Counted from the stretch's first letter, positions 46,571 through 57,048 are shown. The stretch: DNA of 64,000 nt from an uncultured Candidatus Saccharibacteria bacterium (GCA_964402535.1 CAYOCH010000001.1:72286-136285), one strand, 5' to 3'. Program-made: numbers and translations. Notes: a model not told the origin generated them from the sequence alone.

Positions 46571-47482
46571 CTACTTGGCCTGCTTATTCAACAGCGCGTT
46601 GATCCGGTCGGGGATGGGCGGATGGGTCGAGAAGAGCTTCTCGATCCAGTTGCCGCTGCCCTTCCCCTCCGAGCCGAACGGGTCGCCGATAAAGAGGTGC
46701 GCGGTCGCGAGGTTCGCGCGCTGCATCGGCGCGCCGTAGCCGCCGATCTTCGCAAGCGCGGAGGCGAGCCCCTCCGGGTAACGCGTGAGGAGGGCGCCCG
46801 AGGCGTCGGCCAGATACTCGCGCCGGCGCGAGACCGCAAGCTGGATGAGCTTAGCGGCCAAGGGCGCGAGGATGATGCCGACCACAGCGAGCACGATGAC
46901 GACAGCATTGCCGCCCTCGCGGTCGTCGCGCCGACCGCCGCCCCAGAGCGACACGCGCAAGAAGATGTCCGCCACGATCGCCGCGAAACCGGCGAGCACG
47001 ACCGCGACCGTCATGAGGAGGATATCGCGATTCTTGATGTGCGAGAGCTCGTGCGCGACGACGCCCTCGAGCTCGACGCGCGAGAGCATCGAGAGGAGCC
47101 CCGTCGTCGCGCAGACGACCGCGTGCGCCTCGTCGCGCCCCGTCGCGAACGCGTTCGGCGCAGGATCGTCGATCACGTAGAGCTTGGGCTTGGGGAGCCC
47201 GGCGATGATCGCGAGATTCTCGGTCACGGTGTAGAAGTCGAAGAACTCCTCGCGCGAGGCCGGCCGCGCGCGATTCAACGAGAGCACCAGCGTATCAGAC
47301 GCCCAGTAGGCGTAGAAGTTCGTGGCGAGCGCGATCGCGAGCGCGATATAGGTTATCGCCGGGTTGCCGTAATAGTAGGCAACGGCATAGCCGACTGCGG
47401 CTACTACGACGACGAAGCCGAGCACGAGCGCCCAGGTCTTGCGGATGTTGCTTGAGCGTTGTTCGTACAAATTCATAGGCAC
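46571..47482 (-). CDS. htpX: M48 zinc protease HtpX
   Basis: PNAFATG, HELSH, REYLAD, STHP. Confidence 0.92.
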   Translation of the reverse strand: MPMNLYEQRSSNIRKTWALVLGFVVVVAAVGYAVAYYYGNPAITYIALAIALATNFYAYWASDTLVLSLNRARPASREEFFDFYTVTENLAIIAGLPKPKLYVIDDPAPNAFATGRDEAHAVVCATTGLLSMLSRVELEGVVAHELSHIKNRDILLMTVAVVLAGFAAIVADIFLRVSLWGGGRRDDREGGNAVVIVLAVVGIILAPLAAKLIQLAVSRRREYLADASGALLTRYPEGLASALAKIGGYGAPMQRANLATAHLFIGDPFGSEGKGSGNWIEKLFSTHPPIPDRINALLNKQAK

Positions 47483-47506
47483 GAGGCGCTAGGCTCTAGG
47501 CGCTAG

Positions 47507-48073
47507 CTAGAATTGGACTTTGACCGGTTCAGCCGCAGCCGCGTCTGCCGCCGCGAGTTCGAAGAGATCCATTGGCTTGAAGCCGAACGAGCCGGCGATC
47601 AGATTGCCCGGGAAGGATTGCTCCGCCGTGTTCAAGGCCATCACCGTCGTATTGTAGAAGCGGCGCGAAGCCTGGATCTTGTCCTCAGTGTCGCCGAGCT
47701 CGCGCTGGAGCTCTAGGAAGTTCTGATTGGCCTTCAGGTCCGGATACGCCTCCGAGACCGCAAAGAGCGACTTCAAGGCACCAGAGAGCTGATTCTCGGC
47801 TTGCGCTTGCGCAGCGGGAGCGGCGCCAGTCGCGCCGATAGCCGCCGCGCGCGCCTTGGTGACGTTCTCGAACGCGCTCGCTTCGTGCGCTGCATAGCCC
47901 TTGACCGTCTCGACCAGGTTCGGGATCAGGTCGTAGCGGCGCTTCAGCTGCACCTGGATATCCGCCCACGCCTCCTTGGCCTGATTCACGAGCGTCACGA
48001 GCCGGTTGTAGGCAAAAATCGCCCACAACACGACGAGCGCGAGCACTATGAGAATGATGGTAGTCGTTGTCAT
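47507..48073 (-). CDS. lemA: LemA family protein
   Basis: QLKRRYDLIPNLV, EAYPDLKAN. Confidence 0.93.
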   Translation of the reverse strand: MTTTTIILIVLALVVLWAIFAYNRLVTLVNQAKEAWADIQVQLKRRYDLIPNLVETVKGYAAHEASAFENVTKARAAAIGATGAAPAAQAQAENQLSGALKSLFAVSEAYPDLKANQNFLELQRELGDTEDKIQASRRFYNTTVMALNTAEQSFPGNLIAGSFGFKPMDLFELAAADAAAAEPVKVQF

Positions 48074-48098
48074 ATGTTCAGTATATCACTGCACGAAA

Positions 48099-48521
48099 TT
48101 AGTAAAACCTGGTCAGGATATAGACCGCGATCGGCACGCACCAGACGAGCCAATCCATGATCCCTTTGCGCCACAGCTGCCGATAGATCTTACGTTGCAG
48201 ATAGAACTCTTGAAATGAGATGAAGAGGATCGCCGCGAGCAAGAAGCCGTAGAGCGCGACCACGCTGCCGAAGAGGTACTGCGAGAGATACGCAGCGCTG
48301 TAGAGGAAGAGGATCGAGCCGGTGAGATGGAAGAGTTGCCGGTACACGGAGAGCCTGAAGCCGAAGTGCCCGTGGCCATAGAGCTTCTGTACTCGCTCGA
48401 GCGCAGCGTCATAGGAGCGGATGCCACGCACCCACTGCCCCGCTACCTCGTTCTTGAACGGGTACAGACGATCGGGTAACACTACGAGCGCGTGATAGAG
48501 GCCGCCTGAGCGCTTTCGCAT
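48099..48521 (-). CDS. Hypothetical membrane protein
   Basis: 140 aa, hydrophobic C-terminal half, leaderless -10 upstream. Confidence 0.7.
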   Translation of the reverse strand: MRKRSGGLYHALVVLPDRLYPFKNEVAGQWVRGIRSYDAALERVQKLYGHGHFGFRLSVYRQLFHLTGSILFLYSAAYLSQYLFGSVVALYGFLLAAILFISFQEFYLQRKIYRQLWRKGIMDWLVWCVPIAVYILTRFY

Positions 48522-48538
48522 ACGCCTAGTATACTGCA

Positions 48539-50716
48539 GTGGTGAATCCTGAAGACCGCATCGAGCAGCATTTCACCCGGCTCAATCCGGGGCAGAAACG
48601 AGCGCTCGCGAAGCTCGGGATCCGCACGATCAGCGACCTTCTGTACCACTTCCCGGCCCGCTACGAGAGCGCCGGACCAACCGGCACGATCGCCGGCGTC
48701 GCTCCTGGCGCGGACGTGACGCTCTACGGAACGGTGCGTAAGCCGGATGTGCGCAAGACGTGGAAGAGCCGCCGACCGGTCGCCGAGGCGTGGCTCGAGG
48801 ACGCCTCAGGCCGTATCAAGATGATGTGGTTCTCGCAGCCCTACATCGCCAAGACGTTGCACGACGGCATGTTGGTGAAAGTCTCTGGCCGTGTCGCGGG
48901 CGAGGGCGCCAAGATCTACCTCGCGAACCCTGCGATCGACAAGACGCCCGTGCACGCCGAGGACGTCTCGAGCTCTCTCTTTACAAGTGGACATCCGATC
49001 TCCACTGATGAACACGCAGAGCTCTTCCCGATCTACCCCGAGAGCCGAGGCGTCTCCTCGCTCTGGCTCGCGCACGCGGTGAAGCGCGCGTTCGAAGAGC
49101 GCGTGCACGAGCGCCTAGAGGATCCGCTGCCGCACGACATCCTCGCGCGCTACAAGCTGCCCGCGCTCTCGGCAGCGCTCGTCTATATCCACGCGCCCAA
49201 GCGCGAGAGCGATGCCGCCGCCGCCAAGAAGCGCTTCGCTTTCGAGGAGGTCTTTGCGCTCCAGCTCGTGATGCAGGAGCGCCGGCGCGCGCAGCTCAGT
49301 GAGAAGGCGCTCCCGGTCACGGTCGACCGCACGAAGCTCGATGAGTTCGTCGCGTCGTTCCCCTTCCCGGCGACCGCCGCGCAGACGCGGGCGATCGAGA
49401 CGATCGTCGCGGACTTCGAGAAGACGCACCCGATGCTGCGGCTCCTCGAGGGCGACGTGGGAAGCGGTAAGACGGCGGTCGCTGCGGCGACCGCCTACCT
49501 GGTCGCCACCTCGCTCCCCACCGGCCGCATCGCGGGCGCGCTCCAGACCGCCTACCTCTGCCCGACCGAGATCCTCGCCAAGCAGCATTTCTCGACCTTC
49601 GTTGCCTACTTCCGCGACCATCCGATCCCGATCGGGCTCATCACGGGGAGCGAGTGCCGCGTCTTCCCCTCCCGCGTGCGCTACGAGGAGTCGGCTAAAC
49701 TCTCCAAGGCGACATTCAAGAAGCGCGTCGCCGACGGACTGATCCCTATCGTGATCGGCACGCACGCGCTCGTCGAGAAGTCGCTCACGTTCAAGCATTT
49801 CGCTTATGCGATCATCGACGAGCAGCACCGCTTCGGCACGATCCACCGGCAGAAGCTCGCGAAGAAGGGCGACATCGTGCCGCACCTGCTCTCGATGACC
49901 GCGACGCCGATCCCACGCACGTTCGCACTCACGCTCTATGGCGACCTCGACCTCACGCTCCTCGACGAGATGCCGGCGGGACGTAAGCGCGTCATCACAG
50001 AAGTGCTCGACCCGAAGAAGCGCGGCGAGGCGTATGCGCGCGTCCGCAGCGAACTCGCGGGGGGCCGCCAAGCGTACGTGATCTGCCCGCGCATCGATGA
50101 GCCTGATCCGGCCAAGGAGCTCGCGCTACAAGCGAAGTCAGTGAAAGCCGAGGCGGCTCGGCTGCAGAAAGACGTGTTCCCCGATGCATCCATCGGCATC
50201 CTCCACAGCAAGATGAAGCCGGACGAGAAGGAATCGGTGATGCGTGACTTCGAACAAGGCACGATCGACATCCTCGTCGCGACCTCGGTGGTCGAGGTCG
50301 GAGTGAACGTGCCGAACGCGACCGTCATCCTCATCGAGGGCGCCGAACGCTTCGGCCTCGCGCAGCTCCACCAGCTGCGTGGGCGCGTGATCCGCTCCAC
50401 GCACCAGGCATACTGCTTCGCGCTTCCCGAGACTTTCGGCGAGTCGACGCGCGAGCGGATGACGGCGTTCGTGAACGCCAAGAACGGCTTTGAGCTCGCT
50501 GAGTACGACTTGGCGCTTCGCGGCGCGGGCGAGCTCGCCGGCGGCCGCCAGTGGGGCGTCTCTGACATCGCTATGGAGGCGCTGAAGAACATCAAGCTCG
50601 TCGAAGCGGCGCGCACCGAGGCCGCTGCGCTCGTCGAACGCGACCCGGACCTCTCGCACAATGGCGCGCTCGCCCGCCGTGCCTCGCTCGCCGACCGCGA
50701 GGTGCATCTTGAGTGA
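48539..50716 (+). CDS. recG: ATP-dependent DNA helicase RecG (start may be 48542)
   Basis: GDVGSGKT, DEQHRFG, TATPIPR, QLHQLRGRV. Confidence 0.96.
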   Translation: MVNPEDRIEQHFTRLNPGQKRALAKLGIRTISDLLYHFPARYESAGPTGTIAGVAPGADVTLYGTVRKPDVRKTWKSRRPVAEAWLEDASGRIKMMWFSQPYIAKTLHDGMLVKVSGRVAGEGAKIYLANPAIDKTPVHAEDVSSSLFTSGHPISTDEHAELFPIYPESRGVSSLWLAHAVKRAFEERVHERLEDPLPHDILARYKLPALSAALVYIHAPKRESDAAAAKKRFAFEEVFALQLVMQERRRAQLSEKALPVTVDRTKLDEFVASFPFPATAAQTRAIETIVADFEKTHPMLRLLEGDVGSGKTAVAAATAYLVATSLPTGRIAGALQTAYLCPTEILAKQHFSTFVAYFRDHPIPIGLITGSECRVFPSRVRYEESAKLSKATFKKRVADGLIPIVIGTHALVEKSLTFKHFAYAIIDEQHRFGTIHRQKLAKKGDIVPHLLSMTATPIPRTFALTLYGDLDLTLLDEMPAGRKRVITEVLDPKKRGEAYARVRSELAGGRQAYVICPRIDEPDPAKELALQAKSVKAEAARLQKDVFPDASIGILHSKMKPDEKESVMRDFEQGTIDILVATSVVEVGVNVPNATVILIEGAERFGLAQLHQLRGRVIRSTHQAYCFALPETFGESTRERMTAFVNAKNGFELAEYDLALRGAGELAGGRQWGVSDIAMEALKNIKLVEAARTEAAALVERDPDLSHNGALARRASLADREVHLE

Positions 50717-50719
50717 GTG

Positions 50720-50792
50720 TGCGCCCACCACGACTCGAACGTGGAACCGCCGAGGTATAAGCTCGGTGCTCTAACCATTGAGCTATGGGCGC
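50720..50792 (-). tRNA. tRNA-Ile(TAT)
   Basis: CCGAG-CT-TAT-AC-CTCGG anticodon arm; intact D and T arms. Confidence 0.88.
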
Positions 50793-50992
50793 CCTGAAAT
50801 AGTACACCCGCTTTTTCGGTTTGAGTACCATAGCGCTCGTGCACTATCCATATCTCTGCGCTATAGCGGAAAGATTTGGATGTCTTGTCTAAGAGACAAT
50901 TGACTATACGCGTCAACAGTGCTACCGTAATAAACAGTTTTTGCAGTACATTTTCAACGCAACATGCTTCACCGTTTCAAGGAGAGGAAGAC

Positions 50993-51436
50993 GTGGCAAA
51001 GAATGAGAGGTGGTACCCAAAAAATGCAACGAGCGGGCACCGCAGCCCGCCGATCGCGCAACTCGTGGAGATTCGCGTCCGGGTATCGGCGGGCGGCGTG
51101 CTTAACCTGCCGTTGCCTAGAGCGGGCCGCACACTGATGTCAGATGACGGGGCGTACATCGTCGACACTAAGGACGAGCGGATTCCAGAGCAGGTGGTGG
51201 TCATCTGTCATCGAGGCGCCGACTACGCGCTTAAGGGATGGAAGCAGCATGTCACCGGGAAGCCGATCGTTGTCGTCGACCCAGGCGCCTCGCACGATAT
51301 GCTGTTCGTACCAAAGAGCCGCTGCATCACGCCGTTCATCGACCGCGATTACTGCAAAAAGCCGCATGTTCCGTGCAGCGACGCGAACCACGAGTGCGGG
51401 CGGTGCGTCAACAATCCCAAAAAGAAACAGAACTAA
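50993..51436 (+). CDS. Hypothetical protein with Cys/His-rich C-terminus, orphan cassette
   Basis: TTGACT-17-TACCGT promoter, AGGAGAGG SD, GTG start. Confidence 0.6.
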   Translation: MAKNERWYPKNATSGHRSPPIAQLVEIRVRVSAGGVLNLPLPRAGRTLMSDDGAYIVDTKDERIPEQVVVICHRGADYALKGWKQHVTGKPIVVVDPGASHDMLFVPKSRCITPFIDRDYCKKPHVPCSDANHECGRCVNNPKKKQN

Positions 51437-51487
51437 CCGCGGGAGAAGGCCCGCAACAAACCCCGAGTCATCTCGGGGTTGAAGTTT

Positions 51488-53425
51488 TTAGAACTCGATC
51501 GGGACGATGTTCGCTGGATCCTCTTCCCGCTTCTTCGGGGTGATACCGTTCGCGGCGAGGAGCGTCTCGAACTCCGTGCGCTCGATCGTCTCCTTCTCGA
51601 CAAGCGCCTTCGCGATCGCATCGAGCGCCTTGCGGTGCTCCTTCAATACCTGCATCGCGCGCGCCTTCGCGTCTGCGATGATCTCTGAGACCTCCGCGTC
51701 GATCTCTGCCGCGACGCGCTCAGAGAACGGCTCGTTGCCCATGAGACGCTCGCCGAATGCGATCGGTCCGAGCTTCTTGCTCATGCCGTAGCGCGTGACC
51801 ATGTCGCGCGCGAGCGCGGTGATGACCGCCAGGTCGTTGCTCGGCCCTGTCGTCACGTCATCAAAGAGCATCTCCTCTGCGGCGTAGCCGCCTAAGGTCG
51901 CGGCGATGTCGTCGAGGAACTGCTTCCTCGATTGCATCTTGCGGTCCTCGAACGGGAGCTTGAGCGTGTAGCCGGCGGCGCGGCCGCGGCTGATGATCGA
52001 GATCTTGTGCACCGGATCGGCGGCGGGCAGGATCGAGGAGACGAGCGCATGACCGGCCTCATGGTACGCCGTGAGCTCCTTCTCCTTTTTCGTAAGCAGA
52101 TGCGATTTGCGCTCGGGACCGAGCATCACTTTCTCTATCGAGCGGATCAGATCATATTGCGTTACTTCTTTCCGATCCTCGCGCGCGGCGAGAATCGCGC
52201 CCTCGTTCATGAGCGAGTAGAGCTCGGCGCCCGAGAAGCCCGGCGTACGTTCGGCGATCACCGAGAGCGTCACGTCGGGGCCCAAGGGTTTCGCGCGCGC
52301 ATGAATCTTGAGGATCTCCTCGCGGTCGCGCCGATCCGGCAGATCGATCGTCACACGCCGGTCGAAGCGGCCGGGACGCAAGAGCGCAGGGTCGAGCACG
52401 TCCGGCCGATTCGTCGCCGCCATCACGACCACCTTCTCGGTCGGCTCGAAGCCGTCCATCTCGACGAGGATCTGATTGAGCGTCTGCTCGCGCTCGTCGT
52501 TGCCGCCGCCTACGCCCGTGCCGCGCACGCGGCCGACCGCGTCGATCTCGTCGACGAAGATGATCGCCGGCGCCGCCTTCTTCGCCATCTGAAAGAGGTC
52601 CCGCACGCGGCTGGCGCCTACGCCGACGAACATCTCGACGAATTCTGAGCCCGAGATCGAGAAGAACGGCACCCCCGCCTCGCCCGCGACCGCTCGCGCG
52701 AGCAGCGTCTTGCCGGTGCCCGGTGCACCCATGAGGATGATCCCCTTCGGGATCCGCGCGCCGATGTCGAGGAACTTCTTCGGATTCTTGAGGAAGTCGA
52801 CGATCTCCATGAGCTCCTCCTTAGCCTCGCGCGCGCCCGCCACGTCCTTGAAGGTGACACGCTGCGCCGTGTCAGCCGGGTCGATCACGCGCGCCTTCGA
52901 TTGACCGAAGGTGAACGCCTGCATGCCGGCGCCCTTGACCTGCCGCGAGAGGAACCAGAAGAGCACAGCGAAGAAGAGGAGCGGCAAGAGGATCGGCGCG
53001 AGCGTCACGAACCAGAACTGGAATCCGGACTGCCCCTCGATCGTGATCGCAACCTTCGCGAGCTCGGCGGGCGTGACGCCGTAGGTCGCCAAGGTCTCGG
53101 GGAGCCCGGCCGAGGGATCCTTATGCGAGGTCTTTACGCCACCGTCAGCGTAAGTGACGTTGAGCGAATCGCCGCTCACGGTGATAGAACTGATCTTCCC
53201 GGCCGCGACGTCCGTCGCCACCGTCGAGAGCGGGATCGTGTTCGCGCTCTGCGTGAACCCAGTCACGAGCGAATACACGCTCATGAGGAAGAGGAAGATG
53301 AGCACCGTCGTCAGAAGATTGCCGAAGAACGACGGGCCGCCCGGCGCGAACCCGCGCCGCGTCGGCGGTTTCTTCTGCTGCCTCGGAGCAGGCAGCTTCG
53401 GCCGTTTCGGGGATACTGCCGCCAT
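51488..53425 (-). CDS. ftsH: ATP-dependent zinc metalloprotease FtsH
   Basis: [26 protein letters not shown]. Confidence 0.97.
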   Translation of the reverse strand: MAAVSPKRPKLPAPRQQKKPPTRRGFAPGGPSFFGNLLTTVLIFLFLMSVYSLVTGFTQSANTIPLSTVATDVAAGKISSITVSGDSLNVTYADGGVKTSHKDPSAGLPETLATYGVTPAELAKVAITIEGQSGFQFWFVTLAPILLPLLFFAVLFWFLSRQVKGAGMQAFTFGQSKARVIDPADTAQRVTFKDVAGAREAKEELMEIVDFLKNPKKFLDIGARIPKGIILMGAPGTGKTLLARAVAGEAGVPFFSISGSEFVEMFVGVGASRVRDLFQMAKKAAPAIIFVDEIDAVGRVRGTGVGGGNDEREQTLNQILVEMDGFEPTEKVVVMAATNRPDVLDPALLRPGRFDRRVTIDLPDRRDREEILKIHARAKPLGPDVTLSVIAERTPGFSGAELYSLMNEGAILAAREDRKEVTQYDLIRSIEKVMLGPERKSHLLTKKEKELTAYHEAGHALVSSILPAADPVHKISIISRGRAAGYTLKLPFEDRKMQSRKQFLDDIAATLGGYAAEEMLFDDVTTGPSNDLAVITALARDMVTRYGMSKKLGPIAFGERLMGNEPFSERVAAEIDAEVSEIIADAKARAMQVLKEHRKALDAIAKALVEKETIERTEFETLLAANGITPKKREEDPANIVPIEF

Positions 53426-53446
53426 AACCCGTACTATACTCTCTGT

Positions 53447-54274
53447 ATGCGCGAAGAGAAAGTGGCGATCGTCACGAGCGGCGGCGGAATGAAGTGCGCG
53501 TACGCGGCCGGCGCGCTTGTCGCGCTCGCCAAGAAGCTCAGTATCACCGAGCCTGACATCTATATCTCCGCGTCAGGATCGGTCGGTGCGATGTTCTACT
53601 ATCTCGCCGGCCAGTACGACAGCATCGAGAGGATCTGGCTGCGCTACCTCCCGTCGAAAGAGGTAGTCAGCCGCTTCCCGCCCGGCTTCGACGTCGATTA
53701 CGTGGTCGACACGGTGATGCGCCGCGAGCTCCCGCTCGATGAGCGCGCGTTCGTCAAGACGAAGACGCGCTGGTTCGTGCCGGTCACTGACCTCGACAGC
53801 GGGCGCACCGACTTCGTCACGAACGGCTCATGGTTCAACCCATACGAGGTGATGCGCGCGGCGAAGGCGATCCCCTTCCTCTACGGCGGCTCGGTCCGGC
53901 TCGGCAGCCATAACTATATCGACGGCGACTTGAACATGAACATGACGAAGCTCATCCGCAAGGCACGCAAGGAGGGCGCGACGAAGATCATTGTCATCAC
54001 GAACACGGTGACACTCTCCCGTATGAACCGCCTGCTCGCCCGGACCTATTCATTCTTCGCGAATCCGCTCATCCGCAAACTCATACAGTATGACCTCAAA
54101 CGGTCGCACTTCGACCATCTCCCGGCCGACGTCGAGCTCTTAGTGATCGGCCCTACATACCCGCTCCCGGCCGGCCTCTACACGCGGAACCGCCGCGCGA
54201 TCGCACAGTCCTATCAGATGGGATGGGACGACCTGCTTGCAAAACGCGAAGATATAGGGAGACTATTCTCATGA
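53447..54274 (+). CDS. Patatin-like phospholipase family protein
   Basis: SGGGMK, SGSVG nucleophile elbow, YIDG. Confidence 0.8.
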   Translation: MREEKVAIVTSGGGMKCAYAAGALVALAKKLSITEPDIYISASGSVGAMFYYLAGQYDSIERIWLRYLPSKEVVSRFPPGFDVDYVVDTVMRRELPLDERAFVKTKTRWFVPVTDLDSGRTDFVTNGSWFNPYEVMRAAKAIPFLYGGSVRLGSHNYIDGDLNMNMTKLIRKARKEGATKIIVITNTVTLSRMNRLLARTYSFFANPLIRKLIQYDLKRSHFDHLPADVELLVIGPTYPLPAGLYTRNRRAIAQSYQMGWDDLLAKREDIGRLFS

Positions 54275-54714
54275 GCCTCGTCGAAAACAAGAAGGCCCGC
54301 CTGAAGTACGCGGCGCTCGAGGAGTTCACTGCGGGGTTCGAGCTATTCGGAACGGAGGTGAAGGCGCTCCGGAGCAAGCTCGGCTCATTGGACGGCGCAC
54401 GTGTCGTCGTGCGCGGCGGCGAGGCCTTCATCGTTGGCATGCATATCCCGCCCTACCAGGCTGCGAACGCACCGAAGACCTATGACCCGGAGCGCACCCG
54501 CCGACTCCTCCTCTCGAAGAAGGAGATCGCCGAACTCGCCGCGGCAGAATCGAAGAAAGGCTTGACAATAGTACCGTTTGAGGTATATACTAAAAAGAAC
54601 CTCGTGAAAGCGCGCATCGCGATCGTTCGCGGCAAGAGCAAGACCGACCGGCGCGAAGATATCAAGCAACGGGATGCAGCGCGTGAACGTAGTAGAGTAT
54701 TGAAGAGCCGGTAG
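54271..54714 (+). CDS. smpB: SsrA-binding protein
   Basis: NKKARLKY, GTEVKALR, RTRRLLL, D.REDIK; adjacent to ssrA. Confidence 0.95.
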   Translation: MSLVENKKARLKYAALEEFTAGFELFGTEVKALRSKLGSLDGARVVVRGGEAFIVGMHIPPYQAANAPKTYDPERTRRLLLSKKEIAELAAAESKKGLTIVPFEVYTKKNLVKARIAIVRGKSKTDRREDIKQRDAARERSRVLKSR

Positions 54715-54765
54715 TCCCGATCAGTCCGGAATTCCTAATTCCGTATTCGTAATTCTGTGTTGATC

Positions 54766-55168
54766 GGGGGTGACCGGCTTTGACGGTCTGTCCTTTGAAA
54801 GACGTGCGACGCAGTGCCCGCTCGACGACACTTTAATCCGACGAGCAACCAAACTTGCCAAGAACACTCTTGCAAGCGTGAAGTCCCCGTACTTCGGTGC
54901 AAAGGACTTCGCGTTCGCGTACGCGGTCGCCTAACGGCCACTCGCCTGCGCGACATCTCGCTCTCCGGGCTCCCGCAGCCGCGGGCTGAGGTGGAATGGT
55001 CTGCAGGATCTATGTCCGGCCTCCCGCCCGGCGCATCTAGATCAGGGATCGGAGCGGAACGGTTTCGTCTTGATTTCCACGCCCGCTCTTAAATCCAATC
55101 AAGCCTACGCGTCGTAGAAACGCTTTCAAAGCCAGATTCGGACTCGAGTTCGACTCTCGACACCTCCA
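54766..55168 (+). ncRNA. ssrA: tmRNA; inferred tag AKNTLASVKSPYFGAKDFAFAYAVA* (54857-54934)
   Basis: GGGGGTG/CACCTCC-A acceptor with G3:U, GTTCGACT T-loop, Ala-ending tag ORF. Confidence 0.9.
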
Positions 55169-55286
55169 CTCGATATGCGCGGCCGCCCAGAGGGCGGCCG
55201 CGCGTTTGACTATGGCCCGGACATTCCGTATCGTACGAGCCGAACCTAGCCATTCCGGCAGAGGTACTAGTTCTTTAGGAGGAGCA

Positions 55287-55928
55287 ATGGATCGATTCGC
55301 ATCGCATGAGGAACGGGGTTTGCAGCGACAGCTTGCGCTCGCGCTCTTCGACACCGGGGCGCTCTGCATTGCGGCGTCGCCGACGCGGTCGCTGTTTTCA
55401 TTCCCGCCAGACGCGCTCTATTCGCCTGCACTGCTCGGCCTCGCCTCGCAGTGCATCGACAGGCTGCAGAAGCGGGTCTGCGACGAGAACCGCGACCCGC
55501 TCACGTTCAGTGCGGTCGCGGGCGTCCCTGACACCGGGTCGACCGTAGCAACCGCGTTCGCAGAGCACATCGACGTGCCGTATCTGCCGCTTCGCAAGAA
55601 GGCCGGCCGTAAGGATTGCGGGTTCCACCTTGCCGGTCCGGCGCCCGCACGAGGACGCAAAGTTCTCGTCGTCGACGCCATCGTCCGCGAGACGGAGACG
55701 AAGCAGGCTGCGGACGCACTCCTCGGACGAGGGCTCTGGGTCTCGGACATCGTGACGCTCATCGACGGGACGAAAGACGCCAAGCTCGAGCTCGGGATAT
55801 GGGGAGCCTTCAACCTGTACGCGGTGTTCCAGGTCGGACCGCTGCTTACGATGTATCGCGAGGCGGGTAAGATAGGCCATGAGCAGCATCGCAGCCTGCA
55901 GGCGTTCGCAGCCACGATGTACGCATGA
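55287..55928 (+). CDS. Degenerate orotate-phosphoribosyltransferase-like protein, orphan cassette
   Basis: AGVPDTG, LRKK, VLVVDAI (vs VVDDV); TTGACT promoter, AGGAGG SD. Confidence 0.65.
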   Translation: MDRFASHEERGLQRQLALALFDTGALCIAASPTRSLFSFPPDALYSPALLGLASQCIDRLQKRVCDENRDPLTFSAVAGVPDTGSTVATAFAEHIDVPYLPLRKKAGRKDCGFHLAGPAPARGRKVLVVDAIVRETETKQAADALLGRGLWVSDIVTLIDGTKDAKLELGIWGAFNLYAVFQVGPLLTMYREAGKIGHEQHRSLQAFAATMYA

Positions 55929-55950
55929 CCGTTCTTCCCACGACAAACAA

Positions 55951-55982
55951 CAAAAGCCGCAGCTGTTGCTGCGGCTTTTTTA
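55951..55982. terminator. Bidirectional intrinsic terminator
   Basis: AAAAGCCGCAGC-tgtt-GCTGCGGCTTTT. Confidence 0.8.
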
Positions 55983-56056
55983 ATGTGACGTTCATAGTGC
56001 ATTCATTACTATTGCGCCGGAACGTCGAGCAGTTCTTTCAATTCAACCTATAGGGC

Positions 56057-56932
56057 ATGCACATGAAATGGTTCGCGGTTCTCTTGTTTCTCGTATTGGC
56101 CTCACTGTTCCCGTGGGCCGATGCAGATGCAGCGGCCGCGGATGTTCCATCGATGACGCGACATCTTGTCGTCAAAGACGAGTGTTTGTCGGTCATCGCG
56201 CATCGGTATCACGTCAAGATGCGCTTAATCCTCGCGCGGGAGGTCAACCCCGTATTGTGGAGGCGCAACAACCCCGATCTCATCTACGCGGGCGAGACGA
56301 TCTCGATCCCGAACGCGCAGAAGGTCGCGGCGGCACCGGTCACCGTACGCGTCGCTGACGCGGCGGTGGCTGATGCGGGAGCGGCAGCGGAGGGAACGTT
56401 CGCTACGCCGCCGCTCAAAATGACGACCACAATAACGGTGAATGATGCCACCCCTAAAGCGCCGGCACCGGTTCACACCCGCGACATGTCTGGTGTCGTC
56501 ACACCAGCCCCCGCAATCGATCAGGCACCGACGCTGCTGCCGTCACAACCGACTCGCGCGACGCCTGCGCTTGAGATGACGACCAGGATCACTGTGTCGG
56601 AGGAGACACCGGCTGCGCGGACTGAGCGGGATGAAAAGTACGCCGATCCAAAGAAGCCGAGCAAGAAGACCGGCAAGCACTCTATGGAGAAGCCGGCCGA
56701 AGGGGCGCACGATTACAACATCCTCGGCCGTGCGATAAACGGGCTCATCGCCGCTGGGATCATATTCATCTTGTACCATATCAGCCTCGCTCCATCGATC
56801 ATGCAGGGCGCGTCTAAGGCTGAGCTTGCGAGCGGACCTCCGGGCGAGCCGCCGACGCCTGTCGCGAAACCGCGCGATCCCGAAACGGGACGGGACAGCG
56901 AGCTTCCCCGACAAGCGCTCTCCACTGCTTAA
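56057..56932 (+). CDS. LysM-domain surface protein with C-terminal TM
   Basis: Signal peptide, VVKDECLSVIA..NPDLIYAGETISIP, Pro/Thr/Ala linker. Confidence 0.75.
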   Translation: MHMKWFAVLLFLVLASLFPWADADAAAADVPSMTRHLVVKDECLSVIAHRYHVKMRLILAREVNPVLWRRNNPDLIYAGETISIPNAQKVAAAPVTVRVADAAVADAGAAAEGTFATPPLKMTTTITVNDATPKAPAPVHTRDMSGVVTPAPAIDQAPTLLPSQPTRATPALEMTTRITVSEETPAARTERDEKYADPKKPSKKTGKHSMEKPAEGAHDYNILGRAINGLIAAGIIFILYHISLAPSIMQGASKAELASGPPGEPPTPVAKPRDPETGRDSELPRQALSTA

Positions 56933-57048
56933 CGAGATCGGACGCGATCTCTTACCCGCCGCAGCTCAGAACTCGAGACTCATGCTGCGATGACGGATGA
57001 CTCACGGCCGCCCCTGGCGGCCGTTACTGTATCCGGTATCCTCTCGAT

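Noticed and set aside
52901-53446. N-terminal extension of the patatin ORF, and other long antisense ORFs (e.g. 1720-3087, 10520-11689, 12722-14023)
   Set aside because: Shadow ORFs expected from high-GC codon bias opposite real genes.
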